Part shown: piece after piece, positions 27,001-42,000 of the stretch | Layout of the letters: the number at the start of each line of letters is the position of its first letter | Position numbering within the stretch: the stretch's first letter is position 1 | Origin: Phoronis australis | Taxonomy: Eukaryota > Animalia > Phoronida | NCBI GenBank assembly: GCA_002633005.1 | Contig: NMRA01000206.1 | Span: forward strand, 331,250 to 395,249 | Length of the DNA: 64,000 nucleotides | Direction: 5' to 3' | Position numbers and translations under genes: made by a program | Notes under the pieces: model-generated | Told to the model about the DNA's origin: nothing | The model's database searches: none | What the model saw: only the letters and a program-made list of their open reading frames with translations

Positions 27001-30000
27001 TCGTGACTGGGGTTGTATTTGCCGATACGTCGTATCTGCATGTGCGTTGTATCAGTCACATAAACCATGTCTTCAAACAATGCCAATTTTACAGGGTTGG
27101 GCAGGCCCGATTTGATGCGCACTCTGGAATAATGATAAGGTCAAACTTCAGCACTCTCATCACCACATATAAGGTCAAAGTTCAGCACTCTCACCACTAC
27201 ATGTAAGGTCAAAGTTCAGCACTCTCACCACTACATGTAAGGTCAGAGTTCAGCACTCTCACCACTACATGTAAGGTCAGAGTTCAACACTCATCACTAC
27301 ATATTAGGACAAGTCTTCGGTTTATGACACAGTTTGGCAGAAAAGTAGACGTTCATGTTGTCAATTTTTTTAATAGTTCTTAAATATGGTTTATTAATAA
27401 CCGAAAACTACAAAATTAAAGAATTGACATTACTGCCAGACATAGATAATTGTAGATTCATAGAAAAATTATAAACTAATATTTGTAACCAGAGGAACCA
27501 TCTTATATATAGTCACATGACCATGCCTGAACATTAGTCGATGATTTAATTTGTGGCAAATAGCTCTCAACTAGCTATTACAAATTTTAAACTGACCTGT
27601 TTAACCCAGTGTAATCCACAGACTCTATGACATCCAATCTTGAATCAGCCCAGTAGAGACGCCTATTGACGTAGTCTAGGACTAAGCCATTAGGTTGGTA
27701 AATGCTGGCGTTCCTTGGTATAAGAGTGACTCTGTGACTCCCGTCCATGGACGCTCGATCGATGCCAGTGGCATATGAGAAGAACATAAACCTGAGAGGC
27801 AGACATTCATCATAGCTTCACTCAAATTTTGGCTTAAAGTCTGATGGTAGTTCATGGATACTTGCCTAGTCAAGCTTTTGATATAGACCAGTATACACAG
27901 TTACAAAACAGATTAGCAGTGAAATCTAAGCTCAAGGAGACCACACAGCATGTTATGGGTTGGGACCAAAATCAGTACGCTGGCTTGACCTAGTCACTAC
28001 AGAACAGTATGTGACTGGCCAAAAAGGCTGGTTCCGAGACCAAAGTGCACATGGTGTACTAGTTTGTATATTAAGCACAACAGCTGTGAAAATAACAGAA
28101 GGTCAGTACATTAAATAGTGTGTGAACATCACAATTGACTTACAATAATTAAAATACAAAATTATCCAAAGTGTTGCCCATGCAGGAGTGTGTTGTGACT
28201 ATCACGAGAACGTTTTTACAGGAATTGGACACAGCTTGCCACGCTCACATGGAATGAGTCAGTTGGTTCCATAACAATTAGGAAAATGTTCAAGCAAGTT
28301 TCTAGAAGACCACTCCCATTAAACAATGGCCACGCCCATCATTATAAGTCTCACTTATTTCAGCCAACAGCACTCACCCGACATTGGGATCCACTGCTAT
28401 ACTGGTAGGTAAACTCAGTCCATCAGCGATCACGTTCCTTTGCTTGCGCGTTCGCAAGGACAACACATCGATGCGCATCCCAATTTGTTCCACGACGTAA
28501 AGATTACGTGCCAACCAATCGTAGGCTAGGCTGATTGGAGTCTGCAGAGCTGTCGTGGGAATTTCACGGATGTTTGTTCCACCGATGTCCGATTCATACA
28601 GCTAAGGGTCAAGAACAACACAAGGATCAAACTACTGCAGTATAGCTTCAGTGAGGGCACAGCCTGTCCAATCATAGTCTTACAAAATCGACAGGAAAGA
28701 TCACTGGATCAGCTGCAATGTTTGAACTAACAGCTGCTACACTTCAATTACAAGCACTGTAGAATCTCTTAATTATCAATTTGATAGATGAGCAATGAAA
28801 ATAACCTAAGAGTAAATTGATGCAAGGCACTTGTGAGTCTTCTGTGTGTTTCGTGAAAGACACAAGGCAGAAGGTTTTGTGTTACTAGACAAGTATACTC
28901 CTAGCTTTGAACTGCCGCATGGTTAAACAAAAAGACAAGTGGAATATCCGTTACTAAGCGAGACTACCCGCAATGTTTGTACGACACAGGATCAGCGATA
29001 ACGTACCATTAGCACAAAAGTGAGTTGGTAATGCAAATCACCCACAGCAACTATAAAGAACTTGGTGACTCCATCCAAGAATTGAATTTTTGATTTAGAC
29101 CACTTACCGCTGTAAAATTGGTCTCAAATTGTTCCTTACACAGATGAAAACCGTTTTCTGGGTTGCTAAAGAGCTGACATTTATTCCTCAAGATGTGACA
29201 AGCCAACTTGTAGAGCACGGTGGTCTCAAGCAATAATGAACAGTCAGTTCTTTTGAAACAGTGAAATCACCACAAATTGACGAATTGGGAGCAACTTCAT
29301 GACAGTAAGTGGGAAAAAACAAAAGTTGTTTGCTGTGATGGAAGGCTGCAGGGTTAATACCAACTCTAATACATCATGTACATACTTTTCCATCGGCATT
29401 CGCCCAGAAAAGTCTTCTTTCTTGGTAGTCAAAATCTATGGCGACGGGTCTGTAGGAAGCTATGACTGGCTGAGGGGTGGGGCGACCCCCACCCCATGTT
29501 CCCACACTCAGATTGAAGATCAGGTCTTCCAATGATACAATTAATCGCATGGCCAAAGCTGGAAATAATTCACAGACACATTCAGACAGCTACGGTGAAT
29601 TTAATCTCGCAGATTTCAGACAAGAACAAATGCACGCCACAGTTGGGAATTATAACGAACTAGAAAACCGTGAAAACAAAGATTTTTCAAAGCGATTATA
29701 ACCAACACTTCTGTAATAGGAATTTACAGACTCAAAGAGATTTGCAAAATTGTTGTTTTATTTACTATAATAGCTTCTTTTGTCACATACCGTCCGGTAC
29801 AATGCATTTTGACGTTCCCGACAGAACGTACGGAGATTCGCAGGAACATGTGTAGGAACCCTGGGAGTTCACGCACTTCTGGTCACATGATCCCCAGGCA
29901 GTACACTCGTCGTAATCTGGTAAGATAATCGAATAAATTGTTAAACACAGAAAGTTTTAACAAAACCATGTACATGAATACACACACAAGAGAATGCAAT

Positions 30001-33000
30001 TATAACTTGCAGAGTCTACATAAAGCAGAGACCACCAGAAGACATGTGGTATGGGGAATGACTATTTAATTATAGCTATTAAAATCATTTTTGTAGTGCA
30101 TGTGGTTGCAACTAAACCGGGGATGAAATCCTTGTACTGTCAGGTACGTGCATTGTCGTGAAATTTTTAACTCCTTATCAAAATATCACAAATCCAATAT
30201 CTTTGATTTCTCAAAAAGTAGAAAAACATGGGCTGCAAGACAGTGTGTACACACCACAGACCGACACTGTTAATAATTGATACTGGAAGGTACTGGGGGT
30301 CACATCATAATACGTCATAGAATTAAGACACTAACATCGTGAGCCCAGCTACAACCATGAATGTGAAGGTCACTACATGAGATGCAGATATGATGAACAT
30401 GTTCGGGTATATTAGCCATAGTCACTCAAGAGAATACCTCACAATTTACGATGACAATTTGTGCAGTAGATCAAGTTTGAGTTGCACACTGGGAAATATC
30501 AAAGATCTCACACATCAATATGATCTTGAGAGTTATGGTCCAAAAACTTAATAAATTTTAAATCGTCAAGAGTTCTAAGAGTAAATCTGTAGAGATGAGT
30601 GATAATTATTATAGTAACCTCTACATGCATACATGCAATTGAGTACAAAGCAGTCTGTATATGGTGAGAATACAGCACCTGAAAGCTGAATGCAGAAATG
30701 GATAGTAAGCCTGAAGCTAAACTTATCAGAAACAAGGAATGTTCAAATTCCATTGCTTTGTAGTCTGTACAATGAACAATTGACTTTATGCTGTTTAAAA
30801 GATCACTTCAAAATCACCCACCAATACATGTCCTGCCATCTGCAGGGTCAACCTGGTACCCTGCCTGACAGGTACACACGCCACCTGTTGGAGTGGGATG
30901 ACACTGATAATCACATGACAAAACATTGCATCTTGAAGTGCCTGAAAGTAAACAGATCATGCATCAGGCACCAGGGTTTACAAAAGGACTTAACAATCAA
31001 GGTTTGACAAACAAGTTTAACATTTTGTGTTTACAAATTCATTCTCTGTCCTCCTTGCTGACATTAGGAGGACACAACACATATTTCACTACCAAAATGT
31101 GAGTAAAAAGTATTATTCTCTATAGTTATTCCGCACAAAAAATATAAACAACATGGTTATTTTCCACATTTCAAAGGCAGATTACCTTTTTGCAAAAAAA
31201 AATTTTGTTTCTTCAAATGTTGCTTATTGACATCTGCACAATACATAATCCATGTTCAATGAAACAGACTAAAATGTTTTGATCGAATCTCTACTTTTGT
31301 AGACAAATTCAAGGAAATATTTTATGTCAGTTACGGGTCAGCTGTGTTGTGTGCTAATAAGTGACAAATCAATGAACATTTCCCAAAAAAATCATAACAT
31401 ACATGGGCAAAACTGGGGTCAATAACTGGGATAAACTATTTCATACATGGAGTATTGTATAAATCTTACAGTTTAATCAACCAGTGAGAGATCTACTGTT
31501 AAAGCGAGATTGATTTCATTTCATGAAATTTCTCAATAAAAATGTATGAATATGAAACTACCGAATTTTTTTACTTTAGAGTTAGCATGGTTTGTACAGT
31601 TCAGTCGTTACAAAATAACATTGAATGGTAAAATATTGTATATTTTCCTCACAGAAGTAGTCTTTGAAAACTAGAATTGGTTTGGTCCAAGATTGAAGAA
31701 TTTTGCTCCTCCGTAACTCTGCCGATAGTGTAGACAAATGATTGATGTGAACTTACCACACGTGATGCCTTCGTCGTCACCACTGGGACAATGTGGCCTG
31801 TTGTCACACACCTGAGACAGGGGAATACATGTCTGATTCACAGGACACAACCATTGGCTGGGAAGGCAGCTCTGCTGGCCACCACCTGAAAATACAAGTA
31901 GTAGCGGATGGACGTGGGACTTTCAAATGTTTCAACAATGTGAGAATATCAAGTTTGAAATTCCAAACTAATAACATCAGATGTTGTTTATGTCATTGTC
32001 AGGCAAGTACGGTAACTCGACAGTTATTTGGCGCAAAAATAATCGCCAAAATTGTCACTATCCATCTTTCAAAATCTGACCAATTTTCTCCAAATAGTGA
32101 AAACTTTACCAAATGTTATTTTATCGTAGTCTACACTGAGTACAAACTATGCTAGAAATAGACTAAAATTATCTTAATCTTTATTTTGAGAGAAATCTAT
32201 TCCCAAACTAATTAGCTTTTGGGCGGATGATGACAATTAAAGAGGACTTTAATTTTCGTCTGCACATGCAGAAACAAACCATATTAACCCAGGGTATCTA
32301 TCAGATGGATGAAATCATTTAGTGATTTGTTTTTAATTCTTTACCACCAACCAACTTTATTGCCAAAGAAATGTTCATCTCTATAATTCTCTTATTGAAC
32401 ACTTGAACATCAACGCATATACATATATATAGATTGTGAAGTGCTAAACTTATATCCTCATCATAGATAGAGAATCTGAATAATCAATTGACCTAAAAAA
32501 AGACCCCCACCCCACCCTCAAGGGTACCACGCCCTATCTATTGTACCTGTGGAGCCAGGTCATTTCTATCATCACCCTATGAGGCACCAGGTCATATCCC
32601 TCTTGCATAATGTAACAAACACCTGGCTCTGGGATATTTTCTGGACAACAGTTCAGTTACAGAGTGGAGCCAGATAATGTGTTTACAAACTGATTGTATA
32701 TTGTCTCTGATTGGAATGGGCATTGTCAGCTTCATCATACTTGAAGCCCTAAGGCAATCTGCAGAGAACAACAATATCACTTAACAAGAACCTCTTTATG
32801 CAAGCCCTAAGCCTTGAGTATGACTGGGTCCACTTTCTTTCAACCTCTATACTGGCTGCTGGGGTGTTACTGAGGACAGCTTTTCCATTAAGCCTAATGA
32901 ATAGCAACTGGGACAGAGAAGAGACTATACTATGATTCCATAGTTGGCTTCACATCTTTGTTGTTCAATACTGCTTGCTTCATACATTCACAAATCAACA

Positions 33001-36000
33001 TTTTCAGTTCTGCTTTGTGTACAAGGGTACAAGTTACTATACAAATGACTGTAAGACAAATAACTTAAAGAGCCAAAAATTTCTTTTTTAAGAAAGTAGA
33101 ATTTTGTTTTTCACAATACTATTTAATTTCTTTCAGAAAATCCTACTTGGATCTGCACTAAATGGCCTCTTGACTGTGTAGTGTGCATAGACTGGTGAAG
33201 CCCCTTAAAATAAAGGAGTAAAAATTCAGCGGGGCCACAGACATGGGGCAAAGTGCAGGAGTTTGTGTTTGGTCCATGCAAAGTCATGAAGGCTCTTACA
33301 GCTTGTGCATTTCCAAGAACACAAAGATGTGAGCCTGAATAATTTGGCTAGCCATCATCTTGCAACATTAGATCTCTTAATGGAAGATAGTTCAACACAA
33401 AAGACAGACTCTGTCCCATAAACATCTAACATCTACATGGCGACAGCAAAATGAAAAACCCTAGTAAAGTTTCTGTGCGACTGCTCAAAACAAAAATCAA
33501 TTTTGTACACTGTTTTGTTTACAATTTGATATCCTGTTTCTTTAAATTGTCTATAACATTATGACAGCTGGATTCTGGAATATTATCATTAAAAGTTTGT
33601 CACCCAAAATATAACACAAAACAGAAATGTTTTTACCTCAACGTGCCCAGTGTACTTTACAGCGCGTCAGCCAGACCTACAATTTTCAATTTCTGTTCGG
33701 TTCACTTTATAAGCAAGTTTTCTTTATTTTTTATACATGGAGGCAAAGGCAATACCCAGATATGACGTATTCAAATTGTGAGAACCAGTACTGCCCATAA
33801 TTCAGTGGAAAAAACTGGTTCTATAAATGTCAGGTGCATTATATCCGCACTTATTACTTTCAATGTATTGAAGTTTCTCACGATATCTAAAGGTTTTAGA
33901 CTTTCATCTAAACTAACTTCATCTCCCAGACTTATGTACACATGTTGAACATAGATGTTACATAACAAGCTGTTATTTCCCTATCTAGATCCCCCACTCA
34001 GTGATTTTAAAATACCATATGCCTTCCTTGCATATTTTGCCCATTCAGGTTGCCATGAATGAAATCTCATCTTTCTAGTTATGGGAATATCTTCAACAAT
34101 TCTGTGCACCAGAATGACTCGCTACGCCAATGTCGCGAAACCACACTCAAATTTGAACAGTGGGAAGTTTTGAAAACCAATCCAGACAGACGTGTTTAAC
34201 GACTCAAAAAAACACCACTTCCCGTGTTTGTACAACAACAAAAATGATATTGTCTAAACATGTGAGGTATAACCAATACCGTACAACAATTCTTGGATAC
34301 AACTGCAGATTGTATACTCAAGGATAATGCCTCTTGTATTTCAGGTTTAAGACAGCTCTGCAAACCCTCCAGAGTCATTATAAATCTAGATCGCAACAAA
34401 AGATGCATGTCTAGCTAGAAGGAAGTAATCTCCGCAGCAGCACCATAAAAAGCTCGCATTACAAAATCAAGCCTTATACAAAAGAAAATGCTCCCAGATT
34501 ACATCTGCAATTTCAATGTTCTATCCAAACCTTTTGATATCACAAGACTGACTACGCAGTTCACTAAAACCCCAGTAGAACATCGATGTGAACTTGTGAT
34601 GTTAAGGTAAAATCTTAAAAATGTAGTACACAATATGGCCGAGAAGTGAAATTTTATTTCATCATTTTTCCAAGAAACATGTGCATCTCCGAGTTGAATG
34701 GTTTTCCACGTTTTGTACCACAACTACCATGAAGCAAAGTTTTGAATGACTGTGGTGCCCCCTATGGACACACTCATAACCAAAAAAGGTTAGCGGGTGT
34801 GCAGTTTTCAGGAACTATGACAANTATGCCTTCCTTGCATATTTTGCCCATTCAGGTTGCCATGAATGAAATCTCATCTTTTTAGTTATGGGAATATCTT
34901 CAACAATTCTGTGCACCAGAATGACTCGCTACGCCAATGTCGCGAAACCACACTCAAATTTGAACAGTGGGAAGTTTTGAAAACCAATCCAGACAGACCT
35001 GTTTAACGACTCAAAAAAAACACCACTTCCCGTGTTTGTGCAACAACAAAAATGATATTGTCTAAACATGTGAGGTATAACCAAGAGTGTACAACAATTC
35101 TTGGATACAACTGCAGATTGTATACTCAAGGATAATGTCCTCTTGTGTTTCAGGTTTAAGACAGCTCTGCAAACCCTCCAGAGTCATTATAAATCTAGAT
35201 CGCAACAAAAGATGCATGTCTAGCTAGAAGTAAGTAATCTCCGCAGCAGCACCATAAAAAGCTCGCATTGCAAAATCAAGCCTTATACAAAAGAAAATGC
35301 TCCCAGATTACATCTGCAATTTCAATGTTCTATCCAAACCTTTTGATATCACAAGACTGACTACGCAGTTCACTAAAACCCCAGTAGAACATCGATGTGA
35401 ACTTGTGATGTTAAGGTAAAATCTTAAAAATGTAGTACACAATATGGCCGAGAAGTGAAATTTTATTTCATCATTTTTCCAAGAAACATGTGCATCTCCG
35501 AGTTGAATGGTTTTCCACGTTTTGTACCACAACTACCATGAAGCAAAGTTTTGAATGACTGTGGTGCCCCCTATGGACACACTCATAACCAAAAAAGGTT
35601 AGCGGGTGTGCAGTTTTCAGGAACTATGACAAATCCCACCAATTCTGGACGCAACCTGGTTGACACCTGAAATTTTATTTCTTTATTTTTTTCCATAAGT
35701 AACGTCATATAAATGCTGCATCATATTTAAACTTATATCTACCATCTGATGATGATTCTGAGAAATCGTGGGCCTTCAATGCAATATGGTATATGCAGGT
35801 GGAAAATGAAGGAATACATATTTTGCTTATTATTTTTGTGCAAAATTGGTAACATTTTACCGTACGCAGATATTTTCCATATAACGGTCATTAAACTCAG
35901 CATGTTAACACCTAAGCAGTTAGCGATTTTGATTTGACCTATTTAGCACTATACGTCTTCAGTGTTGCCACATTAGAACAAATTCAAGAATCGAACATAA

Positions 36001-39000
36001 ACAAATTGCAATGTACTTCAAAAGCTTATTGACAAGTGCAAACCAAAGTGCCTTTCATACTAACGTGGATGCGTCAATGGTTTAGGGAATGTATGAACAC
36101 TTAACTTAAGTGATCGAAGTTAACAGCTCCAAGTAACATCGCAGTTAACAGGTGGATTTAACAGTGCAGCGTCGACGCTGCGTTGCAGTATGAACAGTCA
36201 ACTTCGGTCCTATTGAAGTTTATCGCCAGGTGCCTCTGTTATCGTCAACAATTTAAGGGTACTGTAGTCGCTAATAGTTACTTATATAAGTTTTATGTCA
36301 ATTACCACATGTACATTTTCCCAAATTGTCACATTAAAAAAATCTTAGCGTGCAGCGCTACCTTGCGATTACTTCGATGGTTTAGTTAACTATGCAGTTA
36401 ACGTGGACACTCCACTTATGAAAAGGCCTAAATACTTCCCAAACTCAGATTTCCCCAAGACTTCCTGCAGGATCCAGTGAAAAGATTTGACAATGAATTA
36501 CCATGAATAACAATGAATTCTTATGCAACAGCCAAATGAACTTGGGGTATTCCAACAAACATCAACAATTCCCTCAAGGTTCCCTTACAGAGCCATATCA
36601 ATTACATTTAGGAAAGTCAATATACTGGTTCAGGGGCCTTTTTACTTCACATGTGTTGAATTACATGGATACTCTTACAGTACTTGTGATTCACTGGTCC
36701 TGTATAAGGATTAGGTCAACCTTGCTAGCCTGAAGCCAAACCCAAAAGTTTATTTACCTTGCTAATTACATAACACAAGTCACAGTCAAAAAGAAAGAAG
36801 TCACAACTAAGTTTTGAAATGAAAACACCTCTTGACCCATGACTTATCAATGAAATGGAACAACTTGTCACCACTATGGAGATCATGTGGGCAAATTATA
36901 CATAGTCATGAAAAGTTTACTGATGTAATTTTTTATTCTATTGAATGGTTTAGAAACTTTAGCCAACATTGTTCAGTTTAGGACAGACTGTGGTGTACAA
37001 GTAGAATTTTATTTAGTTAAATTTCTAAGCAAAAGTTATTTTTAAGAAAATCCCATTGGCGTGGTTTGTGCAATAACGTTTGTTATTAAAAACATTTTAA
37101 AACTTCCGAGTATTTGCAGCAACTACATTGAAAAACATGGAAATGCTGTTGCAGCAGTTATAATTGAAGAATTTTTGCTGTAATTCAACTAGAAATTCTT
37201 GACCTATTATCATTAGTGCCGTTTACACTTCAAAAGTTGACAGGGATCAGCTGACATGGAACGAGTTGTTCCAGTGTGTAAACGGGACTGACACGGAGCA
37301 AATTGACACCGCTGTGACAAATTTTGCCACCCGTTTGTGAGGTAGAGCAATTTGCGCCTGAACATCTTGCTCCGTATCAATTATATGTCTAAATGCAAAA
37401 CTGGGGCAAGGTGGAATTCATCTCTACTGCGCTTGCCTAATGACCTACGTGCGGGTTTTTTGTCTCAGCAACTCTCGTCATTTGTAAACCTGCGCGTGTG
37501 TAATCTAGTCTCTCCAGCCTGCAATTTCCGTCTTGCCACGGTTAGTGAGTTGTGTGTGTAAACGACCGCTGGACACGGGACATAATTTGCTCCGTGTCAG
37601 TTGCACCGGGCCAAAAGTTGATGTCTAAACTGGACTATTGTATTTACCATTTGGAGTGCGAATGCTGAAAAGCAAAACGTCCAAGATTATATTCTGTTGA
37701 ACATCTGGTGCTCAACGCAGACACTTCATAAATATAAGTTGGGAGAAATAAAAATGAAATACTCCTTTAAGTTTTAAATCTCTCGAGTTTTGGAGAACAC
37801 AAAGAGGCAACATTCACAATACAAGCAAGGAACTATCTAATAAGGCCAATTTGGGTTTTATCATAGTCCACTTCTGTGGTCAACAGGACACATCAAACAA
37901 ATCTATTTAAAGGTCAGCCTATCAAAAATGTCAGGTCAAAGAAAACATGTTACAAAAGTGGTTGTGAAATTTCACACTTGAACTGAGAGAAATTCCACTT
38001 TTCTTCACAAGGTAAACACGCCCATTAAAATGCAGGACCTTATTGACTTGTCACTGTATTTAGCCAAGTGTCTACAAGGCTGTAGATTTTAACTCAGTAA
38101 AAATAGTATATTTTCTAAAAGTAGAAAGCCTGTAGATTTTGATTTTTGACTTTATACCAATCTTCTATTACTTGGGTCACACGACCATGTCTTTTTAGTG
38201 AAATTTAGCAAAAAAGAAAGGTAAATCTATAGCAAAACAATGATATCAATAATATGACCAAATTTTGTTACCCATAAATATTCAAGATGAAATTTCAAAA
38301 AGCAGTTACAGTTTTCTAAATTATTTTGTTTTCGTTTTGTGCAACTTTCAAGTTTTTTTCATAAAAATCATAAAAGTGCTATTTTTGGATAGCCCCTCAT
38401 GAGCCCCCATTTCATGATAAATCCTTAGCTATTTGACCATACCAGTTGGTTAAAGAGCATTTATTCAATTTTGTCAGCAAGCTTTCGGGCATATTCTTTG
38501 AACTTTGGGTCTGAAGACTTCAATTTCGAAGGTCATGGGTGAACTGTCTGGCTCAGGTCAAGTGGTCATATGCAAGTAAGTGTCAATTTATTAAAATTTC
38601 CAATTTAAGACAGAGCCTCTCTGCGAGTTAGCACCCACCCCCGATTGCCAGGTGTCAGCTTAAGCGCCCGCGGTATCAACATGAATGTTTACGTTAGTTT
38701 GACTTAGAATTAGAAAGGACAATTTTTGCGATTATTTGTAAGCGGAAAAAAAGGAATTCACCACTGCTAACTTGACTTATTCCACATTAAAGTTCGCAAT
38801 TGTTGGCTTGACCCAATTACAACTGCATGAGATTTAAAAGTATTCAAATCACGAAATGTCTACCAAGACGGCCAAGCAGCTATCACCAAGGAATAAACCG
38901 ACATGACACTGGGCAAACTCATGTCAGACAGTCATACAAAGTGTAAAGATGACTCCATGACAAGCCCTGTCAAGTTTCACCAGTCATAAAAATGCTGATT

Positions 39001-42000
39001 GCAGTTCAAATAAAAGGAAACAAACAATAGCTCTGGGAAGAAGACGACACTTATAGAGAAAGTCCTACATCTTTATCGGTATTAAAGGAGGTCACCACAT
39101 CTTTTATGGTGATTGGCTGGGGAGAGATATCACGCATCCACTTGACGGAAAAAATTATGGGATTGCGAGGATCTTGACGAGCTGTTAGCAGCGCATAAAA
39201 AAGAAATGAAATGAACAGCACTACAAAATTCCAGACGACTTGTTGAACTTTGGAGTTGGTACTTTTTGAAAATCTCAAATTGTCCACAATCCAGTCAGGA
39301 ATGAGGCTGAATACCAAAATCAATGAATGAAAAAAATAAAATGACTCTAAATTGTGTTTCGTTTACAAAGTCTTTAAGGAGTACTCACCACTTCCATGTC
39401 AAACAGCAAGTTCCGCACATTCTTAGTTGTTTTTAAACAAAAATAAATCACAAATTTCGATTCTCGTGACAAAATTATTAGTGAGAATTTAATAATAAAA
39501 AAATTGAATATATTCAGAGTTTCTTTTATCGTCCATGACTCATGGCTCTGTTATTCCAACTTACATAACTTCAGTACCAGAAGAGTACCAATAAAAACTG
39601 CAAAGTTAGTTGAACTTTTCCAGCTTCGGTAGTTAGCAAAACTGAAGTTTTTTCAGTTAGCAAACACTGAAGTTATCTCAGTTTTCGGCCAGAAACCCTA
39701 TAGAGGCAGCCGCTGTAATTTTTTCAGATTTTGAGTATTATCTATATTGTCAGGTTATACTGAAATTTGACCAATTTAGGATAAAAATACACTTGCCAAA
39801 ATTTTCCTCATTCCTTATCAAGTCCTTCTAATATTGTTTTGCCAAAAATATGTAATGGAAGGTAACTGGAACAACATTGACTTGATGGCACTTTTTCATG
39901 AGTGAGCAAAAGTTTTAATATTATTGGTTAAGCATGAAAATGGTAAGGCACTTTACCGACTTGTACGTAACCATAATCCCCCCCCCCCTCCGACACTCCC
40001 CCAAGGCCCCAACACCTCCTCCCCGGGCAGAGAAGGCTTATGAATAACAATAGCATATCAAATCAGATCCAGTGTATCAGGAAACCCTGCAAAATAGCTC
40101 CCTAATTATAAAATCAACACACAAAAGTTAACAAAATTTGAGGTGTGACTAGGCATACTGATGTTCAGCAGTTCAATAATTCAACAACCTAGGCACTGCA
40201 AGAATGACTATCAGGCCAGGTGAGGCGTCAAGTATTAAAAGTTATTTGGAGGCCTAGATGTTGTCCTCACAAGGGTTCAAACTCTTCCACAAAGATATAA
40301 TGTTATGAGCTTTGAGAGATTGCAAACCATAAATCTCACAAATTTAGGATACAAACTGGTGGACAATTGTACAAATTCACCAAATGTTATTTAATGACAT
40401 CTACACAGTAAAATCAAAGCTAGCAATAGACTGGAATCGCTTTCCCATTAGAGGTGAAACTTTGCTTTTACCGAAGTTTCGGTAAGTGGGAAAGGTTAAC
40501 TCCGGTAGTTAATCTGCAAGCGAAACTTTGCTGAAAATAGAAGGATTTAAAAGTGAAGCTTCGGTACTCCCTGAAACTTCAGTGCAATGGGAAAGGTCAG
40601 AGCGAAACTTTGGCGAAGTTATCAGAAGAGGCCGCGGCAACGATATATGATCTAATTGTTAATTGCCATAGAAATTGTAAACAGGCAAGAGATGGTTTTC
40701 AATTTACTGCAGAGTTATTTATTGATTGTTAAAGTTAGGGGACACTACAGTTTTTAAAATACCACGGAACTAAGTTGCTAAAAACTAAGAAGTAGTATAG
40801 TTGCAGATGGCATGGCATGGCTTTAGAGCACTTTTTTGTAAAAAAATTACAAAGTCATTTTTTGAAGTTTCAAAGGTTGTAGATTTTATTACAGTTAAAA
40901 GCAATTAAAACGGTTAAAGAAAAGTATGTGAAAATCTCGTTGATTGCAAATATAAAGGGGAACTATACAAACACAAAACAGATCTTTGGGCCTTGAGAGC
41001 AAAATTTGACACAGCTACATTTTTCTTACATAACTTAGTAGTCAAAGACAAATACCACAAAAACACATTAGTCCTTGATATAAAAACTTTTCTCATCGCT
41101 AAATGTTCAATGAAACAGATGTACTTTGGAAATCTTTTTAGTTTTATCAGTACTCGGGGTATTCCTCGGACATAAAATTCAAACAATGGCAAACTGTGTG
41201 TCAAGTTCTCAGCTGTAATCTTCTTTCCTCTTAATTCACGATAGTAACTATAGTTGCATATTGTTTTCACTTACTGGGCATGTCACTGTCATTTTTATTG
41301 CTAAATAATAAAAACCAATCACAATGGAACAACACAATTTCAATCATTTGGCTTAAGCCCAGAAAAAAATTCAGACATGGCTCGAGATTTCAAACATGGC
41401 TCAGAGCTTTTAAAATACGACTCGGAGCTTTTCAAACAAGGCTAAAAAATTTGAAACATGGTGCAACACCATGTTTTAAAACATGCAGAGAGAACACCGA
41501 TATTTAACAGAGTAACTTCAATTGGAGTATGCTAAAGCCATAGACCTGTGGACTGGTGCTGCTGGCTATCAAATCAAGAAGACAGGGAAAGGTATTGATG
41601 GTGAATTTCACACCAGTGTTAAGACTGGCCTTTCTGTGCTCAATTCCTTAGGCAAACATTTATACAGCATTGTTATTCAAATGGAATTCTAACACAGTAA
41701 GCCCTGCAGCCAAACAAATGCTAAGCTTAAAAGAAAAATAGACGTGGAAGTTGGCAATTAATCAAAAAAATCATTCAAGTACAAAAACAATTGTGAAAAA
41801 CTGATAAAACTCGCTAATCAAATGTTCAATTGTGTTTCAAGTAAAATTACACAAAGGGACTGAAAGTGTGGACTGTTAAGTTCAAGAATGTCAGTATTCC
41901 AAAAGCCAGTCACCTGACCACGGCACTGCCTAAATCGAACCCAGGTTGTGTTCATACAGCTGATTGCATCCTAATACCGGTAGGTGTGTCAAATTGTTTT

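Noticed and set aside
34018-35632. Apparent 806-bp tandem duplication with duplicated ORFs
   Set aside because: The copies meet exactly at a single N and differ at allelic levels; best explained as an unmerged contig overlap. The ORFs show no protein features.
40214-40290. tRNA or tRNA-derived SINE head (GGGTTCAAACTC, B-box-like)
   Set aside because: No cloverleaf and a poor A-box; at most a decayed fragment
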